Source of the DNA: an uncultured bacterium
GTDB lineage: Bacteria > Cyanobacteriota > Vampirovibrionia > Gastranaerophilales > Gastranaerophilaceae
Direction: 5' to 3'
NCBI GenBank assembly: GCA_902795965.1
Contig: CADBNI010000029.1
Span: forward strand, 5,067-69,066
Length of the DNA stretch: 64,000 nt
The stretch's first letter is position 1. Each line of letters begins with the position of its first letter. Below the pieces are notes generated by a model. The model ran no database searches. It worked only from the letters and a program-made list of their open reading frames with translations, and was not told the DNA's origin. Both the position numbers and the translations under genes were made by a program. This document shows, piece after piece, positions 1 through 9,930 of this stretch.

Positions 1-63
1 ATTTATATTTATCCTTTTTCTTTTTAATTCATCTGTCGAAAACTCCGACCTACTTAGCTGGCT

Positions 64-1773
64 TTACGCGAGCGCATTTCTGACTGCTTCGTTGAAGATT
101 ATTCTTCCTGCGGTTGTTTCAAGTCTTTCACCGTGTTCATCTCTTACAACGATTTTGTCATGCAAATCAATAACACCCACTTCCAATGCGGAAATTGCAT
201 CTTGGAAGTTGTAGAAATAGCCTTTCGGTTCCATTTCGGGATTTTTGATAATAGTCAGGTAATACATACCCAAGACCATATCTTGTGTCGGTGTAATGAT
301 AGGTTTACCCGTTGCGGGAGCCAAGATGTTGTTTGTAGCCAGCATCAACATTCTCGCTTCGGTCTGCGCTTCGATAGAAAGCGGAACGTGAACAGCCATT
401 TGGTCACCGTCAAAGTCGGCGTTGAATGCCGTACATACAAGCGGATGAAGTTGGATTGCACGTCCTTCAACCAATTTCGGTTCAAATGCCTGAATACCTA
501 ATCTGTGAAGGGTCGGGGCACGGTTCAACAATACAGGGTGTCCTTCAATTACTTCTTCAAGGATATCCCATACAACAGCGTCCGAACGCTCAATTTTTTT
601 CTTTGCGGATTTAATATTTTGAACATATCCGCGTTCGATAAGTTTGTTTACTACAAACGGCTTAAACAATTCAATAGCCATTTCTTTCGGCAAACCGCAC
701 TGGTTTAATTTCAACTGCGGTCCTACAACGATAACCGAACGACCCGAGTAGTCAACACGTTTACCCAACAAGTTTTGACGGAAACGTCCTTGTTTACCTT
801 CAATAATGTTGGACAACGATTTCAAAGCTCTGTTATTCGGACCTACAACCGTTCTGCCGCGTCTGCCGTTATCAATCAAAGCATCAACGGCTTCCTGCAA
901 CATACGTTTTTCGTTTCGTACAATAATTTCGGGAGCACCCATTTCCAAAAGTCGTTGCAAACGATTGTTTCTGTTAATAACACGTCTGTACAAATCGTTC
1001 AAATCGGAAGTTGCGAAACGTCCGCCGTCTAATTGAACCATAGGTCTTAAATCAGGCGGAGTAACCGGCAATACGTCCATAATCATCCAAGTCGGATCGG
1101 TTTCCGAAGAAATCAAAGAATCAAGTAACCTCAAGCGTTTAATCAATTTACTTTTCTTTTGAACGGAATTTACGTTTCCTGCAAGTTCTGTTCTGATTTC
1201 TTCCGCAAGTTCATTAATATTAACTTCAGAAAGAAGTTCTTTAATGGCTTCCGCACCGATACCAACTTTAAGTTCCGTATCTTCGTGTTCTGCCATATAA
1301 TCTTCATATTCTTCTTCGGTCAAGAGCTGTAATTTCTTAAACTCGCTTTCACCGGGATTTAGAACAACATAGCTGTTAAAATAGATAACCTGTTCCAAAT
1401 CTTTCAAAGTCATATCAAGCAACAAACCGAGGTAAGAAGGAATACCTTTCAAAAACCAGATGTGAGAAACAGGAGCAGCAAGTTTAATATGTCCCATTCT
1501 CTGGCGTCTTACTTTTGAATCCGTAACTTCAACACCGCAACGTTCGCAGATGATACCTTTGTGTCTTACTCTTTTATATTTACCGCAATAACATTCCCAA
1601 TCCTTTGACGGTCCGAAAATTCTTTCGCAGAACAAACCGTCACGCTCGGGTTTTAATGTACGGTAGTTAATTGTTTCAGGTTTAGTAACTTCACCGTACG
1701 ACCATTTTAGTATTCTTTCGGGTGAAGCGATACTAATTCGTATATAGTCAAAATAATCTATACTTGTTGACAT
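64..1773 (-). CDS. rpoC1: RNA polymerase gamma subunit (split beta-prime N-terminal part)
   Basis: Zn-finger [14 protein letters not shown], catalytic NADFDGD, stops after 569 aa as in cyanobacterial-lineage split rpoC. Confidence 0.97.
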   Translation of the reverse strand: MSTSIDYFDYIRISIASPERILKWSYGEVTKPETINYRTLKPERDGLFCERIFGPSKDWECYCGKYKRVRHKGIICERCGVEVTDSKVRRQRMGHIKLAAPVSHIWFLKGIPSYLGLLLDMTLKDLEQVIYFNSYVVLNPGESEFKKLQLLTEEEYEDYMAEHEDTELKVGIGAEAIKELLSEVNINELAEEIRTELAGNVNSVQKKSKLIKRLRLLDSLISSETDPTWMIMDVLPVTPPDLRPMVQLDGGRFATSDLNDLYRRVINRNNRLQRLLEMGAPEIIVRNEKRMLQEAVDALIDNGRRGRTVVGPNNRALKSLSNIIEGKQGRFRQNLLGKRVDYSGRSVIVVGPQLKLNQCGLPKEMAIELFKPFVVNKLIERGYVQNIKSAKKKIERSDAVVWDILEEVIEGHPVLLNRAPTLHRLGIQAFEPKLVEGRAIQLHPLVCTAFNADFDGDQMAVHVPLSIEAQTEARMLMLATNNILAPATGKPIITPTQDMVLGMYYLTIIKNPEMEPKGYFYNFQDAISALEVGVIDLHDKIVVRDEHGERLETTAGRIIFNEAVRNALA

Positions 1774-1792
1774 TTTTTCTCCTTTATCTTTT

Positions 1793-1857
1793 GTGAAACG
1801 TGAAATGTGAAAGGTTATTTAACGTAAATTTTCACCTTTCACTTCTCACTTTTCACT
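1793..1857. repeat. Hairpin with heptamer tandem-repeat arms (GTGAAAN x3 / TTTCACN x4), STRR-like
   Basis: gtgaaac-gtgaaat-gtgaaag at 1793-1813 and complementary tttcacc-tttcact-tctcact-tttcact at 1830-1857, in the rpoB-rpoC1 spacer. Confidence 0.85.
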
Positions 1858-1860
1858 TAA

Positions 1861-4800
1861 TTATATATCTCCGAATGTAGTCGGTGTTTCAAAGAAATTG
1901 ATGTTCAAGAGTTCGGAATCCATATCCGAGAGAACTCTGCGCGGAGCAGATTTTCTCAAATCGTCCATATCTGTCATCAAATCAACTTCGGCACCGTCTT
2001 TTTTCGCTACCGTAATATCCAAACCGATACTTTGCAATTCTCTTACAAGTACCTTGAAGGATTCGGGAATACCCGGTCTCGGTATGTTGTCACCTTTAAC
2101 GATTGCTTCATAAGCTCTGTTACGTCCGTTGACATCATCTGATTTAATTGTCAACATTTCTTGCAGAGTATAAGCAGCACCGTATGCTTCCAATGCCCAA
2201 ACTTCCATTTCACCGAATCTTTGACCGCCGAATTGAGCTTTACCGCCCAAAGGCTGTTGTGTAACCAGTGAATAAGGACCTGTTGAACGAGCATGGATTT
2301 TATCATCAACAAGGTGAACAAGTTTCAGGATATAAGAAAGACCAACTGCAACCGGTTCATCAAACGGTTCACCGGTTCTTCCGTCAATCAATCTTACTTT
2401 ACCGTCTTCGTTTACCCAATCACAGCCCGATTCTTTGATACCTTTCAAAAGTTCTGCTTTTGTAGCTTTTTCGGACTGATTTTCTCCGTATCTTTCGTCA
2501 AATGACGGAGCTTCATAGTAATTACCGGTCAAATATGCGGCCAAACCAAGTAACAATTCGTAAGTTTGACCAACGTTCATACGAGAAGGAACACCAAGCG
2601 GATTCAAAACGATATCAACAGGAGTTCCGTCAGGCAAGAACGGCATATCTTCTTTCGGTAATATACGGGAAACGATACCTTTGTTACCGTGACGTCCCGA
2701 AAGTTTGTCACCGACAGATACTTTACGTTTTTGAGCGATATAAACTCTTATTACCGTATTAGCACCCGGCGGTAATTCGTCACCTTTTTCTCTGTCAAAT
2801 ACTTTTACGTCAAGAACTCTGCCGCCTTCACCATGAGGTACGCGCAAAGAGTTATCTTTAACATCTCTCGCTTTTTCGGCAAAGATTGCTCTTAACAATT
2901 TTTCTTCGGGCGGGTGTTCTGATTCACCTTTCGGTGTAACCTTACCGACCAAAATATCGTCAGCATAAACTCTTGCACCGATACGAACAATACCGCGTTC
3001 GTCCAAATGTCTCAATGCATCTTCGGATACATTCGGAATTTCGCGGGTAATTTCTTCGGGTCCCAGTTTCGTCTGACGAGCGTCTATTTCCAATTTTTCA
3101 ATGTGAACAGAAGTAAAGATATCATCATGAACACATCTTTCGGAAAGCAGGATAGCATCTTCGTAGTTGTAACCTTCCCAAGGCATATACGCTACAATAA
3201 CGTTTTTACCCAATGAAAGTTCACCGCAGTTTGTAGATGCACCGTCTGCAATAACGTCACCGACTTGAACTTTATCACCTTCGTGAACAAGCGGTTTTTG
3301 GTTAATGCAGGTATCCTGGTTGCTTCTTACATATTTCATTAATGTATAAACATGAGGTTTGTTCTTTTTATCGCGAATAACGATTTCTTCACCGACGACA
3401 CGTTCAACAGTACCGTCAACATCAGATACAATAACCATACCCGAGTCTTTTGCTACACGTTTTTCCATACCCGTACCGACAACAGGTCTTTGGGTAATCA
3501 AAAGAGGTACGGATTGACGTTGCATGTTAGAACCCATCAAAGCACGGTTAGCATCATCATGTTCAATAAACGGAATAAGTGATGTCGCAACAGAAATGAT
3601 TTGGATAGGCGAAACACCTACATAGTCAACTTTGCTTGCCTCACTCATAGTAAATTCCGATCTGTAACGAATAGGAACAAACTCATCTTTAAAACTTCCG
3701 TCTTTATTTAATTTAACGTCAGCAGGAGCGCATCTGTAATCTTCGTCCTCATCAGCAGTCATATAAACAACTTCATCGGTAACTTTTCCGTCTTTTACGA
3801 CAAAGAACGGAGATTCGATAAATCCGTAATCGTTTACTTTTGCGTGAGTAGCCAATGAACCGATAAGACCTGCATTCGGACCTTCAGGAGTTTCAATAGG
3901 ACAAATACGTCCGTAATGTGAAGGGTGAATGTCACGAACCGCAAAACCTGCACGTTCTCTCATCAAACCGCCGGGTCCCAATGCGGAAATACGGCGTTTG
4001 TGAGTTAATTCAGCCAACGGATTAATTTGATCCATGAACTGTGACAACTGGGAACTTCCGAAAAATTCTTTCAACGAAGCTACCAACGGTTTTGTATTCA
4101 AAAGGTTCAACGGAGTGAGAGTTTCGGAATCCTGCAAAGTCATTCTTTCTTTAACAATTCTTTCAATTCTTGAAAGACCGACTCTGAATTGGTTTTGCAA
4201 CAATTCACCGACCGAGCGGATTCTTCTGTTGCCCAAATGGTCGATATCATCAACCGTACCTTCGTCATAAGTCAAATTAATCAAATATTCTATTGATGCG
4301 ACAATATCCTGAACTGTCAAAGTTCTTTGGCTTTTAGGAATATTGAGATTCAATTTTTTATTCAATTTGTAACGACCGACACGACCGATATCGTATTTCT
4401 TTTCATCAAAGAAACGGGCTTCCAATATCGAACGTCCGCCCGCAGCAGATGCGGGATCTCCGGGTCTTAATTTTTTATAAACTTCAACTAAAGCATCATC
4501 GGTAGTTTCTGCCGTATCTTTATCCAAAGTTTTTTTCAAAAATTCAAAGTGAGTGAACAAAGTTTCCATTTCACCAACTGTTATACCCATAGCTTTCAAC
4601 AACGTTGTAGCAAGGATTTTTCTGTTTTTGTCGATTTTAACGTAAATAATATCGTTTGAATCCGTTTCAATTTTCAACCATGCTCCGCGGTTAGGAATCA
4701 TTGTAGCGTTGTACAAACGTTTACCTGCGGGAGAAACTTCACGTTTGAAGTAAACACCGGGAGAACGAACGATTTGAGAAACGATTACACGTTCCGCACC

Positions 4801-5178
4801 GTTAACGATAAACGTACCTTTGTCAGTCATAGTCGGGATATCACCGATATAAACTTCCTGTTCTTTGATTTCACCGCTGTCACGGTTAACCAATCTTACC
4901 ATTACGCGAAGCTGTTTTGCATAAGTTGCGTCATGGATTCTTGCTTCTTCAATCGTATACTTTGCATTGTCGAAAGTATAGTTGGGTAAGAAATGCAATT
5001 CCAATCTTCCCGTATAGTCTTTAATCGGAGAGAAAGAAAGTAATTCTTCTTTCAAACCTTCTTTTAAAAACCATTCAAAAGATTTTTTCTGCACTTCAAT
5101 AAGGTCGGGTAAATCATCCAAACGGGTATGGGGTATACCCATAGGAGTTACTCTTTCTGCGTATTTTGTGTTAGACAT
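1861..5178 (-). CDS. rpoB: RNA polymerase beta subunit
   Basis: [42 protein letters not shown] motifs; 1105 aa. Confidence 0.99.
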   Translation of the reverse strand: MSNTKYAERVTPMGIPHTRLDDLPDLIEVQKKSFEWFLKEGLKEELLSFSPIKDYTGRLELHFLPNYTFDNAKYTIEEARIHDATYAKQLRVMVRLVNRDSGEIKEQEVYIGDIPTMTDKGTFIVNGAERVIVSQIVRSPGVYFKREVSPAGKRLYNATMIPNRGAWLKIETDSNDIIYVKIDKNRKILATTLLKAMGITVGEMETLFTHFEFLKKTLDKDTAETTDDALVEVYKKLRPGDPASAAGGRSILEARFFDEKKYDIGRVGRYKLNKKLNLNIPKSQRTLTVQDIVASIEYLINLTYDEGTVDDIDHLGNRRIRSVGELLQNQFRVGLSRIERIVKERMTLQDSETLTPLNLLNTKPLVASLKEFFGSSQLSQFMDQINPLAELTHKRRISALGPGGLMRERAGFAVRDIHPSHYGRICPIETPEGPNAGLIGSLATHAKVNDYGFIESPFFVVKDGKVTDEVVYMTADEDEDYRCAPADVKLNKDGSFKDEFVPIRYRSEFTMSEASKVDYVGVSPIQIISVATSLIPFIEHDDANRALMGSNMQRQSVPLLITQRPVVGTGMEKRVAKDSGMVIVSDVDGTVERVVGEEIVIRDKKNKPHVYTLMKYVRSNQDTCINQKPLVHEGDKVQVGDVIADGASTNCGELSLGKNVIVAYMPWEGYNYEDAILLSERCVHDDIFTSVHIEKLEIDARQTKLGPEEITREIPNVSEDALRHLDERGIVRIGARVYADDILVGKVTPKGESEHPPEEKLLRAIFAEKARDVKDNSLRVPHGEGGRVLDVKVFDREKGDELPPGANTVIRVYIAQKRKVSVGDKLSGRHGNKGIVSRILPKEDMPFLPDGTPVDIVLNPLGVPSRMNVGQTYELLLGLAAYLTGNYYEAPSFDERYGENQSEKATKAELLKGIKESGCDWVNEDGKVRLIDGRTGEPFDEPVAVGLSYILKLVHLVDDKIHARSTGPYSLVTQQPLGGKAQFGGQRFGEMEVWALEAYGAAYTLQEMLTIKSDDVNGRNRAYEAIVKGDNIPRPGIPESFKVLVRELQSIGLDITVAKKDGAEVDLMTDMDDLRKSAPRRVLSDMDSELLNINFFETPTTFGDI

Positions 5179-5326
5179 TAATTCACCTCGTCTATATGTG
5201 TAAGTACCAAAAATTTTCTAACTTGAGGCTGTAAACCTTTCATTTTATTGAGTTTCAACAAAATGAACAAAATGCTTAACCAAATTTAGGCATAGTACAC
5301 CTAAGCTTAATTTAACATCTTACTAA

Positions 5327-5354
5327 ATCATAGTACATCAAATTTTCACGTCAA
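5327..5354 (-). promoter_or_regulatory. Probable sigma70 promoter of rpoB
   Basis: Reverse strand TTGACG-16 bp-TATGAT about 150 bp upstream of the rpoB start. Confidence 0.5.
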
Positions 5355-5603
5355 GAAAATATCGAAAATTTATTAAAAATTTTTGTAACATTTTGTAAAA
5401 ATTTTAATAAAAACAGGTTAAAAGTTTGATTTGTCAAGGCAAATCAGATTTTTTAATTTAATTTTTATAAAATACGATAATATAGTCCAAATTACGTTGT
5501 ACCAATAGTTTACATAATAAATATTATCATAACTTTTTCCCCTCTTAAAAAATATAGATGTATTAAATCTGGTTTTATGCATCCCCTTCTGCTCTATATT
5601 ATT

Positions 5604-5841
5604 GGGGCTTATGCAGCCCCCACACCCCGCAGTTTCTTTCTTGTACCGACAAGAAAGAAACCAAAGAAGCTCCCGACCTGAACTACGTTCGCTAATAATT
5701 TGTACGGCTCAACCTGAGGCGGACAAACTCACTCGGTGTCACCCTGAACTTGTTTCAGGGTCTATCAATGCTAATCGTTCAGACAGTGTCCGCCTTTGTT
5801 GTTGTTTCGCCTACAATTATTGCTCACTACGTTGAGGTCGG
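5604..5841. other. Large multi-hairpin non-coding element (interspersed palindromic repeat or structured ncRNA)
   Basis: GGGGCT/AGCCCC hairpin, perfect 13-bp stem 5632-5661, long imperfect rod CCGACCT(5673)...AGGTCGG(5841) with inner AGGCGGACA/TGTCCGCCT stem. Confidence 0.6.
5737..5763 (+). repeat. GTCA-tagged REP-like palindrome
   Basis: tgtcaccctgaacttgtttcagggtct; same family as 33906-33932. Confidence 0.75.
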
Positions 5842-5883
5842 ATAAATTTTTTGTTTCATTAAGTGGTGATTATAATATGTATC

Positions 5884-5937
5884 GTGCGCTATGCGCACCA
5901 TAAAGAACTTTTCGCCTTTCACTTCTCACGTTTCACT
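5884..5937. repeat. Short palindrome GTGCGCTATGCGCAC plus single heptamer arm (TTTCACN-like x4)
   Basis: Palindrome at 5884-5898; tttcgcc-tttcact-tctcacg-tttcact at 5910-5937. Confidence 0.65.
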
Positions 5938-5997
5938 TCAAATAATATTTATTATAAAAAAGTTCCATGATATAATATATATAGGAAGGGAAATTTC

Positions 5998-6630
5998 ATG
6001 AAAAAGTTTTTTATTATTTTATGTTTGTTATTAGTAGGAAAAGTTGCACTGTCAGCGGATTTGACAGAAATCGTAAAAGTCGAAACCCGACCTGCAGTAT
6101 TAACCGCAAGTCTTGTATTTGACTGGCTTGACGTTACTCAAACCGACCGAGATGCAGTAATTGCAAAATACAGAACCGAATTATTCCCTGAAGACACAGT
6201 TTACAAATACGATAAAAAAGAATTTAAAAATGAATATAAAGATTTTTTGAAAGATGCCGATTATAAACGCCACTATTACTTGGTTGTTAATGATGTAAAA
6301 GAAACCGACACCGAAAACCTGTGCGGGTTTTACAGAAAAAATCTTTTGATTAGCTATGCGGTGCAATACAAAAACGATTTGCGAACCGTTTACTATTATG
6401 ATGTGTTAGGACATTTGAGATACGTGGATAAATTCTCCGAAAACTATCCGAACTATCCTTACATGTCAAAACAATACAGAGTAAATGGAACACTTGTGAG
6501 CGCAATATATTTTATGTCGCATGACATGCAATATATGTATAATGACGACCAAACTTTCCGCGGGGCATGGTACAAAGATAAAATGTATAACGCAAAAGCA
6601 AAACAAATCCTAACGAGAAATAACTGGTAA
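5998..6630 (+). CDS. Hypothetical exported protein
   Basis: 210 aa ORF, RBS AGGAAGGG, N-terminal signal peptide MKKFFIILCLLLVGKVALSA. Confidence 0.8.
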   Translation: MKKFFIILCLLLVGKVALSADLTEIVKVETRPAVLTASLVFDWLDVTQTDRDAVIAKYRTELFPEDTVYKYDKKEFKNEYKDFLKDADYKRHYYLVVNDVKETDTENLCGFYRKNLLISYAVQYKNDLRTVYYYDVLGHLRYVDKFSENYPNYPYMSKQYRVNGTLVSAIYFMSHDMQYMYNDDQTFRGAWYKDKMYNAKAKQILTRNNW

Positions 6631-6747
6631 AATTAACCTATATAATTACACGTATGCAACAGCAGAATAAGAAAACAACTTATGCTATCCTGTTGGAGAG
6701 GTAGTGATTAACTTAGCTGCCTCGCTTCTTAGCCTCTTTATATATTT

Positions 6748-8418
6748 TTATATATCAAACAATTTGTGCAATCTTGTTTGAATATCTTCTTCGTCCAACT
6801 CCTGCGTAATTTTGTTCAAATCTATTGCCATTTGATAATAATTTGCGGCATCATTGATAAATCCCATTGCCTCACTTGCTCGTGCGGCGTTGAAATATGC
6901 CAGAGTATAATTAGGATTGAGTTCAACAGCTTCTTCAAAATACTCAAGAGCTTCTTCCGCATCATTCAGACCATCAAGATATAAAATCCCCAAATTATTC
7001 TGAGCATAGGCATTTGTCGGGTTTAAATCTACGGATTTGTGGAAAGATACAAGTGCTTCTTCAAGATAATCCTTTTCCCAAAGCGCAATTCCCGCTTTTG
7101 AATACCCTCTGTAATCTTCGGGGTTAAGCGTAATTGCATCACAATAAGTTCTTACTGCACTGTCCAAATCATAAGCCGCCATATAAACATCACCAAGTGA
7201 CAGGTACAAATCGTAATTGTTCGGATCAAGAATTAATCCTGCCTGATAAGTTGAAACCGCAGCATCAATATTACCCTTAACTTCCGCATAAACCGACCCC
7301 AAAGCCTGACAAACAATAGATGTCCATTCTGTATCGGGATTAAGCGCAATCGCCTTTTGATAATGTTCGATTGCATCATCATAAAGCTCAGCCTTAGCAT
7401 AAGCATAAGCCAGTGAATTGTTGTAGAAAGGATTTTCGCTATCCTGCTCAAGCGCAAGTTTAAAAGCACTTATTGAATTTATTTTATCTTCTTTTTGAAG
7501 ATACAAATGACCTAATTCATAGTAAATTTGCGCGGTATCAATTTTAAATTCAAGCAATTTTTCGTAACAATCAATCGCTTCGTCATTGTTTTCTGGGAAA
7601 TAGGTCTGCAAAACTGTTGCCAGCTTAATCAAAACTTCGCGATTTAAAGGATTTGATTCCAAAACTTTTCTGTAACAATCGACTGCCAATTCGTTTTCTT
7701 TGTTCTTTAGTGCTATATCACCCATTTTATGATAAAAAATTTCACCGTGATTTGTAGCACTTATCGCTTTACGATAGAAATCTTCCGCGTTTGAATAGAG
7801 TTTAAATTTTTCCAAAAATTTTCCGACAGTGTTGTATGCGAATACGGAAAAATCGTCCGACATGTTTTTGTAAAACATTTTCATAGACGGTTTGTCCCAA
7901 GCAAGCATCAAACTGCCCGAAACAAAATAGTATAAAAAGCTCAAATAGTCAACGGCAGTACCGTTTTGAGAATTAATTTTCTGTAAAATTGATTGAGAAA
8001 GAATTAAACGCGGTCTTGCCGATTTAAATTTTCCCATTTTTATTGCCGATTTAAATTCCTGCTCAGCGGATTTAAAATCTTGAGCCAATTTCATAAAAAA
8101 GCCGGTATAAAGATGCGCATTTATATTTTTCGGAGCAAGCGAAATTGCGGTTTTGCACTGTTCTATTGCGGTTTCAATGCTGATTTGTCCTTGTTCCCAC
8201 ATCAAAGCTGCGAGGCGATAGTACGCTTCGGGCATGGCGGGATCATATTTAACCGCATCTATATAATATTCTATTGCTTCTTGCAGGTCGGTATTTTGCT
8301 GACACACGAGATATTTTTCGTGTGCCTGACGAGCCATTTCCAAAAATTCTTTAGCTTTTTCGGGATTTGCCGCCTGTATCGGCTGTAGTAACATTTGTTC
8401 TGACATCATGAGCTCCAA
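6748..8418 (-). CDS. Tetratricopeptide-repeat protein
   Basis: Many repeats of the A..Y.KA..L.P....Y..LG type. Confidence 0.9.
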   Translation of the reverse strand: MELMMSEQMLLQPIQAANPEKAKEFLEMARQAHEKYLVCQQNTDLQEAIEYYIDAVKYDPAMPEAYYRLAALMWEQGQISIETAIEQCKTAISLAPKNINAHLYTGFFMKLAQDFKSAEQEFKSAIKMGKFKSARPRLILSQSILQKINSQNGTAVDYLSFLYYFVSGSLMLAWDKPSMKMFYKNMSDDFSVFAYNTVGKFLEKFKLYSNAEDFYRKAISATNHGEIFYHKMGDIALKNKENELAVDCYRKVLESNPLNREVLIKLATVLQTYFPENNDEAIDCYEKLLEFKIDTAQIYYELGHLYLQKEDKINSISAFKLALEQDSENPFYNNSLAYAYAKAELYDDAIEHYQKAIALNPDTEWTSIVCQALGSVYAEVKGNIDAAVSTYQAGLILDPNNYDLYLSLGDVYMAAYDLDSAVRTYCDAITLNPEDYRGYSKAGIALWEKDYLEEALVSFHKSVDLNPTNAYAQNNLGILYLDGLNDAEEALEYFEEAVELNPNYTLAYFNAARASEAMGFINDAANYYQMAIDLNKITQELDEEDIQTRLHKLFDI

Positions 8419-8502
8419 TAAGATGTATCATTTTGTCATACGACACTAATTATAATAAACTTTACAAAACTTAATTAATATCGTCTACATGGGGGAGATA
8501 TT

Positions 8503-8826
8503 TTATAAAAGATTTTTTACTACGATATCAACTGCTTTCAGCTTTTGGGTATTATTTTTTATAAACTCTAAATTTGAAATAATTTGTGAATAAATCTTTT
8601 CACTGTCTTCTTTGTCATTTGAACGAAACAAATCCTCAGGAGAAATCTTTAAAATCGTAGAGAGTTTGTCTAAAGTTTTTGCGGAAACAAACCCTTTACC
8701 AGTTTCAATAAGACTGAGCGACTTAACTTCCATTTCCAAAAGCTCCGCGAGTTCACTTTGGGTCAAATTTCTTATTTTGCGGGCTTTTCTGATATTTTCA
8801 CCCAATATTTTACAAACATCCGTCAT
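8503..8826 (-). CDS. XRE/Cro-C1 HTH regulator (cassette 1)
   Basis: LGENIRKARKIRNLTQSELAELLEM...LSLIETGK. Confidence 0.9.
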   Translation of the reverse strand: MTDVCKILGENIRKARKIRNLTQSELAELLEMEVKSLSLIETGKGFVSAKTLDKLSTILKISPEDLFRSNDKEDSEKIYSQIISNLEFIKNNTQKLKAVDIVVKNLL

Positions 8827-8887
8827 TTAATAACTCCTACTTAAAATACTATTGATAAGAAATTATAAGGAAACCCAATCTAATAAC

Positions 8888-8916
8888 TTGACAGAAGTAG
8901 TTTAATACCATATAAT
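8888..8916 (+). promoter_or_regulatory. Consensus sigma70 promoter for pilin-like gene 1
   Basis: TTGACA-17 bp-TATAAT, perfect consensus. Confidence 0.85.
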
Positions 8917-8947
8917 ATGTATATACGGATCCAAAAAGGAGAGTCGC

Positions 8948-9928
8948 ATGGATAATAAAAGTTATGCTTTTACGCTATCAGAAATTCTTATTACTTTAGG
9001 TATTATCGGTGTTGTTGCGGCAATGACTATGCCAGTACTTATCAACAATATCAAGTACCATGGCTATGACGGTGCAAAACGCAAGGTTTTAAATTCAATC
9101 GGCGAGGCGGGACGTCTATTGGCAATCGAAGGAAATTTGGACGGCGCAAGTGATGCCGAAACTTTTGTAAAAGAAAGATTGTCTAAAAAATTGTCTATTG
9201 CAAAAATGTGCGACAGCGCACACCTAACCGATTGCGGATTGCCGAGCAAGTTTTTGAAAACAAATGGCAAAACGGAAATGAACATGCCGACCAAGATGAA
9301 AGGCGGCACTGCAGCAAGTGTATTTAATTATGGAAGTGAGGAAACACAAGCATATGCGGATAAAAACAGTTACGGTTTTGTAACGGGAAACGGCTATAGT
9401 GTAAACTTATTCTACAACGGAGCATGCATACCCGACAAAAGTATGTCTGCAATGTCTACAACGACAGATTCTAATGGAAATCCATATAAATACTACAGAA
9501 TACAAGACCAAATGTGTTTCTTCGCAATTTACGACATGAACGGTAAGGGTGGTCCTAACGTAGTTGGTAAGGATATTGGACTTGTCGGAGTATTCTACCC
9601 GAACGAGGAAACGAAGGCAGTAGCAGCGTTACCTGCGGATTATGATTACAGTGGTGCAGGTCGTGGAGGAGCAAAGTCAACAAGAACGTTCACCACTGCG
9701 CCGAAGGCATGTGATGACCAATTTGGCAAGGACTACCGTATGCCTGATAGGGACGAAGCAGCCCTCATGGCTATGGCAGGCAACCTGCTTGGTATAACGA
9801 ACGGTGGCGGCTACTGGTCCGGTTCAGTAGTTGATTCAGGCTTAGCGTGGCTACAGGACTTCTACGGCGGCAATCGCTACGCCTCTCCGGTTACGTACGG
9901 CACCTACGTCCGGTGCGTCAGGAGATAA
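8948..9928 (+). CDS. Type IV pilin-like protein with C-terminal CLec-type (DGR-target-like) domain
   Basis: A|FTLSEILITLGIIGVVAAMTMP N-methylation motif; C-terminus YWSGS...AW.QDF..G...YVRCVRR. Confidence 0.88.
   Translation: MDNKSYAFTLSEILITLGIIGVVAAMTMPVLINNIKYHGYDGAKRKVLNSIGEAGRLLAIEGNLDGASDAETFVKERLSKKLSIAKMCDSAHLTDCGLPSKFLKTNGKTEMNMPTKMKGGTAASVFNYGSEETQAYADKNSYGFVTGNGYSVNLFYNGACIPDKSMSAMSTTTDSNGNPYKYYRIQDQMCFFAIYDMNGKGGPNVVGKDIGLVGVFYPNEETKAVAALPADYDYSGAGRGGAKSTRTFTTAPKACDDQFGKDYRMPDRDEAALMAMAGNLLGITNGGGYWSGSVVDSGLAWLQDFYGGNRYASPVTYGTYVRCVRR
9797..9928 (+). other. Putative DGR variable region (VR)
   Basis: About 60% GC by hand count versus a much more AT-rich background, many NNC codons, CLec VR motif at the extreme C-terminus. 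Confidence 0.65.
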
Positions 9929-9930
9929 AA

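Noticed and set aside
133-5178. Numerous short plus-strand ORFs opposite rpoC1/rpoB (and similar ones opposite other core genes)
   Set aside because: Antisense shadow ORFs fully overlapping unambiguous genes
5680-5715. Group II intron domain V (reverse strand GAGCCGTA...)
   Set aside because: The similarity stops after 8 nt; no domain V stem geometry or intron ORF
5602-5835. 77-aa ORF
   Set aside because: Translation of a palindromic element (CHPELVSGS is the REP read-through); no RBS
8948-9928. Complete DGR (RT, Avd, template repeat) in this window
   Set aside because: No RT-like ORF in the track and no second copy of the VR found by eye; only a target is supported
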